This document shows positions 59,821 through 64,000 of a DNA stretch of 64,000 nt, in pieces (positions within the stretch are counted from its first letter, which is position 1; the number at the start of each line of letters is the position of its first letter). This stretch comes from Methanomassiliicoccaceae archaeon (GTDB lineage Archaea; Thermoplasmatota; Thermoplasmata; Methanomassiliicoccales; Methanomassiliicoccaceae): the NCBI GenBank assembly GCA_040776945.1, contig JAXGZN010000002.1:384001-448000 (forward strand), given 5' to 3'. The position numbers and the translations under genes are program-made. The notes beneath the pieces are model-generated. The model made no database searches, had not been told where the DNA came from, and saw only the letters and a program-made list of their open reading frames with translations.

Positions 59821-61173
59821 TCAATAGACCTCTCCGAGGCATGTCCGGGACATGTTCCGCGCAAGGTCCAGGTCGCTTCCGAAGTGGAGGTGCATGTATG
59901 AGGCCATGGCTGCCTTCCTGATCATGCCGTCCATCGACCCATCGGCCCCCTTGGGCCTCGACAGCTCATAGCACATGTCCTGGCGGTGCGAGATTATCCT
60001 GGAATAGTGGAACACATGGCCCCTTGTCCTGCCTCCGGCAGTTGAAAGTAAGCAATCCTTGGTGAAGCGTGCCTCCACGTAGCCTAGCGCCTGCAGCTTC
60101 GAGGTCATCTCCACCTCGGCATCGAAGACACCGACCATCTTCCTGACCTCGCCGCCGAGGCCTCTCACAGACCGGCACAGGTACATCAGTCCACCGCACT
60201 CCGCGTAAACAGGCGTTCCTTCCTTTGCTCTCCTAAGCAGCGACTCGCGCATAGGGGCGTTCGATTCCAGCGCGTCCAGGTGAAGTTCGGGGTAACCCCC
60301 GCCGATATAATAGCCGTCAGCGTCCGGCAGGTCGCCCGCCAACGGGGAGAACTCCACTATATCGGCTCCCAAGGACCTCAGGATGTCTAGGTTGTCCTCA
60401 TAGTAGAAGTTGAAGGCAGCATCCCTTGCCACCCCCAGTTTGAAATCGCCTATTCTCTCAATGGGCGGCCCCTCCGTCGTCTCCCAATCTGGGGATTCGG
60501 TAGCGATGCTGACCAGGAGGTCGAGGTCCAGGTTGTCCTCCACCGTCTCCCTGATGACCTCGTACCTCTGGACGTTGTCCATCTCACCCGCCGGTACGAG
60601 GCCCAGATGCCTGCTCTCCAGACCGATCCCCTTGTTCTTGGGTATCCCCCCCAGGCTCACCAGGCCAGACCCTTCGATGGCCTCCTCGAGCATCTGCAGG
60701 TGACGCGGCCCGGCCACCCGATTGAATATGACCCCCCGGAGGTCGACCGCGGGGTCGAAGGAGCTGAAGCCTTTGGCGACCGCTGCCACGCTCCTTGCCG
60801 CGGAGGCCGCGTCCAGCACCAGTATAACCGGGCAACCGAGGGCCTTCGCCAGGTGGGCGGAGCTTCCCACCTCGTTCCTTCCGTCCAGACCGTCGTACAG
60901 GCCCATCGCCCCCTCCACGACGCTGACGTCCGCGCCCTCTGACGCTGCCTGGAACGAAACGGACACCCAATCCGGAAACATCCACGTGTCCAGGTTGCGG
61001 GACGCCCTTCCGGCGGCCTTTGTATGGTGCATGGGGTCCAGGAAGTCCGGGCCGGATTTGAACGGCTGGACCGCAAGCCCTCTTGCCTTCAGGGCCAAGA
61101 GCGTTCCGATGGTGATGGTGGACTTCCCTGTACCGCTCCTTTCCCCGGCGAGCATGAGCCTTGGCCGGAGCAC
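59821..61173 (-). CDS. cbiA: cobyrinate a,c-diamide synthase
   Basis: SGTGKST, PFKSGPDFLDP, ESRHLGL, AFNFYY, YAECGGLMYL; last gene of the cbi operon. Confidence 0.9.
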   Translation of the reverse strand: MLRPRLMLAGERSGTGKSTITIGTLLALKARGLAVQPFKSGPDFLDPMHHTKAAGRASRNLDTWMFPDWVSVSFQAASEGADVSVVEGAMGLYDGLDGRNEVGSSAHLAKALGCPVILVLDAASAARSVAAVAKGFSSFDPAVDLRGVIFNRVAGPRHLQMLEEAIEGSGLVSLGGIPKNKGIGLESRHLGLVPAGEMDNVQRYEVIRETVEDNLDLDLLVSIATESPDWETTEGPPIERIGDFKLGVARDAAFNFYYEDNLDILRSLGADIVEFSPLAGDLPDADGYYIGGGYPELHLDALESNAPMRESLLRRAKEGTPVYAECGGLMYLCRSVRGLGGEVRKMVGVFDAEVEMTSKLQALGYVEARFTKDCLLSTAGGRTRGHVFHYSRIISHRQDMCYELSRPKGADGSMDGMIRKAAMASYMHLHFGSDLDLARNMSRTCLGEVY

Positions 61174-61177
61174 GAGA

Positions 61178-61762
61178 TCACGGCTCCCTGATCAGTACGA
61201 GGGAGAACAGGCGGGATGAGACAGAAGGCGGCCTGCGGGCGGTGCCGAAGGAGATGGACTCATTAGGGTAGCCTAGGTTCTCCAGAACGATCACGGTGCA
61301 TTCATGGTCCTTGTCAGCGATGAACGAGGCCAGGGCGTCGAGGTCGAAGCCTGGCCCGGTAAGCACGTAAGGTATGCGGCCTCTGGCTAGCTCATCAGCG
61401 ATCTCATGCCTGGCCGTCTTCTCGTCCTTCCCATGGGCATCCACCACGACCGCCTTGGCCAGCGGCAGGCGGAGGCGGGAGAATGCACATTGCATCGATG
61501 ATATTCCGGGAACGACCTCCGTTCCCAGGTGGCCCAATCCGGCGAGCATGGGGTCTCCGGTGGACAATAGCACGGCATCGTCGGGCAAATCGCCAAGCGT
61601 GGAGTAGTTGGTTATCCTGTTCACCTGGCAGGACGCAGGGATGAAGGGGCGGGCGATGGCGATGGCACGTTCGGAACCGAAGACCTTGGTGGCGGCACGC
61701 AGGCGGTCTATGGCATCCACGGTCAGCATGCCAGGTCCGCAACCTACTCCCACCACGATCAT
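61178..61762 (-). CDS. cbiE: cobalt-precorrin-7 C5-methyltransferase
   Basis: VVGVGCGPGMLT, STGDPMLAGLG, PGISS, ENLGYPNE. Confidence 0.88.
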   Translation of the reverse strand: MIVVGVGCGPGMLTVDAIDRLRAATKVFGSERAIAIARPFIPASCQVNRITNYSTLGDLPDDAVLLSTGDPMLAGLGHLGTEVVPGISSMQCAFSRLRLPLAKAVVVDAHGKDEKTARHEIADELARGRIPYVLTGPGFDLDALASFIADKDHECTVIVLENLGYPNESISFGTARRPPSVSSRLFSLVLIREP

Positions 61763-62766
61763 GTCGCGGCCTCCATCACCCGTCCGGACCGGTCAATGAT
61801 GGCGATGCCGTGCCCGGGGTACATGGATTTGAACTTCCGCACCGCCGCCTGGACCACGGAAGGGCCCTCCTCCGACATGACCAGGTCCTCTATCGTCCGG
61901 AACCCTCGTCCCGTAAGGACAGAAGGCTCTATGAACTTGATGATTAGGGCGGGAAGGCCGAAGAGGATAAGGCCATCCTCCCGGGAATCCAGCGCTCTCT
62001 TGATGTTCGCGCCTACCAGGACCACCTCCCTATCAGGGTATTGGAGCCGCGCGTGCCTAAGGCCCACCCTCCCGGTGGTGATGACCGCCCTATCCGCTCG
62101 CCGCGCTCTTTCAACGGCATCCTGGCCGAGATGATCGTCCCAAGGCTCCACCATTCCAGTGGACCCCAGCACCGACACGCCGCCCATCACTCCCACCCGA
62201 GGGTTCAAGGTTCTGACGGCCACCTTCTCACCTTCCGGCGCCTCAAGGTAGACAAGCGCCCCTTCCTGCCCCCGGGCGCGGCAAGCGGCGGTGATCGAGG
62301 ACAAAATGCAATCCATGGCCGTTGTGCTTATGGCCGGCTCGCCCCTGCGATATCTCGGAGTATCATGGTCCCATCTGCCTATCCCCGGCCCGGCGTCCAC
62401 CTCGGCCGTGCTCTGGAACCTGATGAACATGGCCCTGAGCTCCAGACCCGCGGTGGCATCGCCGGGGTAATCTCCCGAGTACTTGAAACATGCCGAGCTT
62501 CCATAGCTGGCAGCGACCTCGACCTCAACGGTGATGCCGCAGGCGGTGATGACCTCCACCGCTCTCAGGTCGTGCGAGCCCAGGGACTCAACGGCCGCCT
62601 TGCAGGCCGCCGCCGCGGTAGTTCCGGTGGTATGTCCACGCCTCAGCACCCTGCCGCTGGATGTCAGGACGCCCAGCCCGCTTTGGGCCAGGGCCAGCAT
62701 CGACGGGTCCTCGCAACGGAACGCCCACTCTTCGGGATAGGCGAACCCGGACACCGGATCGATCAT
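61759..62766 (-). CDS. cbiD: cobalt-precorrin-5B C1-methyltransferase
   Basis: From ATG 62766 (MIDPVSGF): LRRGHTTGTTAAAA, D.TAG, TLNPRVGVMGGVSVLGSTG.VEPW. Confidence 0.92.
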   Translation of the reverse strand: MIDPVSGFAYPEEWAFRCEDPSMLALAQSGLGVLTSSGRVLRRGHTTGTTAAAACKAAVESLGSHDLRAVEVITACGITVEVEVAASYGSSACFKYSGDYPGDATAGLELRAMFIRFQSTAEVDAGPGIGRWDHDTPRYRRGEPAISTTAMDCILSSITAACRARGQEGALVYLEAPEGEKVAVRTLNPRVGVMGGVSVLGSTGMVEPWDDHLGQDAVERARRADRAVITTGRVGLRHARLQYPDREVVLVGANIKRALDSREDGLILFGLPALIIKFIEPSVLTGRGFRTIEDLVMSEEGPSVVQAAVRKFKSMYPGHGIAIIDRSGRVMEAAT

Positions 62767-63425
62767 GCTCCTTTCTCCGCGAACATGGTTATTATCTCGT
62801 TGATCGCCGCCACCGCCACCGGCGATCCTCCCCTGGTGCCCTCGGTCGAGACCGAGGGAACGTCGAGCTTCCTCAGGGCCTCCTTGGATTCCGCGGCGTT
62901 GACGAAACCTACCGGGCAGCCTATGACCAGGGCGGGGCGCGCTCCCTCCTCGATAAGGTGGCAAAGCGAAAGGAGGCAGGAAGGGGCGTTGCCGATGACA
63001 ACTATGGTCCCGTTAAGCTCGCTCCCCATGGCGAGCATGCCCGCGCTGGTCCTGGTGATCCCTTTGGCTGCCGCTATATCGGCGCCATGGTCCAGCAGGC
63101 AATCCACCTTGGACCGGTGCCCTTTCTTCTGGACCCCGACCTGGACCATTCGTATGTCGGCAACGATCGGCGCTCCGGCCGCCAGAGCGTCGAGGCCGGC
63201 CTTCACCGGTCGGCCCACGAACCGCATGAGGCCGGCCATGTCAAAGTCCCCGACAGCGATGGAGCAACGCTGCCGTATTCTGTCCTCCACCGTTAGGTCG
63301 CCCACAACATCCCTTGCAAGCAGCCGGCTGCGGCAGGAGATGCTGAACCCTTCGGCGGTGTCCGCTCCCAGATCAGTATACGTACTTGCGGTGGTAGCCC
63401 CTAGGCGTGATGATCCCTCTGACAT
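62763..63425 (-). CDS. cbiC: cobalt-precorrin-8 methylmutase
   Basis: DIRMV, TRTSAG, VIGNAPS, GCPVGFVNAAESKE, GGSPVAVAAIN; AGGAGG SD before ATG 63425. Confidence 0.92.
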   Translation of the reverse strand: MSEGSSRLGATTASTYTDLGADTAEGFSISCRSRLLARDVVGDLTVEDRIRQRCSIAVGDFDMAGLMRFVGRPVKAGLDALAAGAPIVADIRMVQVGVQKKGHRSKVDCLLDHGADIAAAKGITRTSAGMLAMGSELNGTIVVIGNAPSCLLSLCHLIEEGARPALVIGCPVGFVNAAESKEALRKLDVPSVSTEGTRGGSPVAVAAINEIITMFAEKGA

Positions 63426-64000
63426 TATCTCCCTCCTTGAGCAGGGCCGAGGTCTCGCCCCCGATTATGACCATCGAATGCATGTCGACCATGCTGTCGT
63501 TCTCGAACAGCGACCTCAGGTCGGTGACCTCATGGCTTTCGCCATCCCCGCGGTAAGCGTTCCTGACTATCCCCACCGGGGTCTCCGGGCGGGCATGGCG
63601 CAATCCGATCTCCAGTGCCTTCCTCAGGTTGCCGGGACGATTGTGGCTGCGGGGGTTGTACAGCGCTATAGGTATTCCCAACTGGAATCCAAGGTCAAGG
63701 CGCCGCTCGATGACCTCCCATGGAGTAAGGAGATCGCTGAGCGAGATGACCAGGAAGTCCCCGGAGAGCGGCGAGCCGAGTACCGACGCGGCGGCGGTGG
63801 CGGCCGTGACCCCCGGCACGATCTTGACGTCCAGTCCCGGAGCCTCGCGCTGAGCGACCTCGAGCACGATGCTGGCCATGCCGTAGACCCCCGCGTCTCC
63901 TCCGCTGACCATCGCCACCCGTTCATCCCTTGCCAAACTCACGGCCTCCTTGGCCCGCTCGACCTCCTTGCCCATATGGGAGAAGATGACCCTCTTCCCG
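63373..64000 (-). CDS. cbiH: cobalt-factor III/precorrin-3B C17-methyltransferase (5' end outside the window)
   Basis: MGKEVERA, VSGGDAGVYGMA, PGVTA, ISLSDLLTPW, LYNPRS, ITPRGY. Confidence 0.93.
   Translation of the reverse strand, partial: GKRVIFSHMGKEVERAKEAVSLARDERVAMVSGGDAGVYGMASIVLEVAQREAPGLDVKIVPGVTAATAAASVLGSPLSGDFLVISLSDLLTPWEVIERRLDLGFQLGIPIALYNPRSHNRPGNLRKALEIGLRHARPETPVGIVRNAYRGDGESHEVTDLRSLFENDSMVDMHSMVIIGGETSALLKEGDNVRGIITPRGYHRKYVY

Overview
GC-rich archaeal DNA from a methanogen, most likely Methanomassiliicoccales. That assignment is inferred from gene content: a complete cfb operon next to hem and cbi genes, SufC/SufB-type genes, an HdrA-like gene and several double-zinc-ribbon proteins. 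The window has four zones. (1) 1-11.3 kb holds surface-protein genes, an orphan PAS/GAF histidine kinase, and an unusual overlapping pair: a Ras/Rho-like GTPase-domain protein and a STAND-like ATPase ending in a double zinc ribbon. (2) About 11.6-36 kb is a surface-polysaccharide locus with one recognisable soluble glycosyltransferase but many tailoring enzymes: five tandem CelD/BcsL-like GNAT paralogs, another GNAT, two ATP-grasp ligases, a CapK-like adenylate-forming enzyme, a deacetylase-like protein and a formyltransferase-like/beta-propeller fusion. It has both a Wzx flippase and a Wzm/Wzt ABC exporter whose two genes lie 15 kb apart. (3) 36-47 kb holds a surface protein, an HTH regulator, sufCB, an acyltransferase, an MFS transporter and a minimal HdrA-like flavoprotein. 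(4) 47-64 kb is a tetrapyrrole supercluster: cfbAEDCB, a stand-alone His-rich peptide, sirC-hemA-hemB-hemL-hemC-cobA-hemD and cbiH-C-D-E-A. No rRNA, tRNA, CRISPR array or mobile element was recognised. All calls come from reading motifs by eye; no database searches were run.
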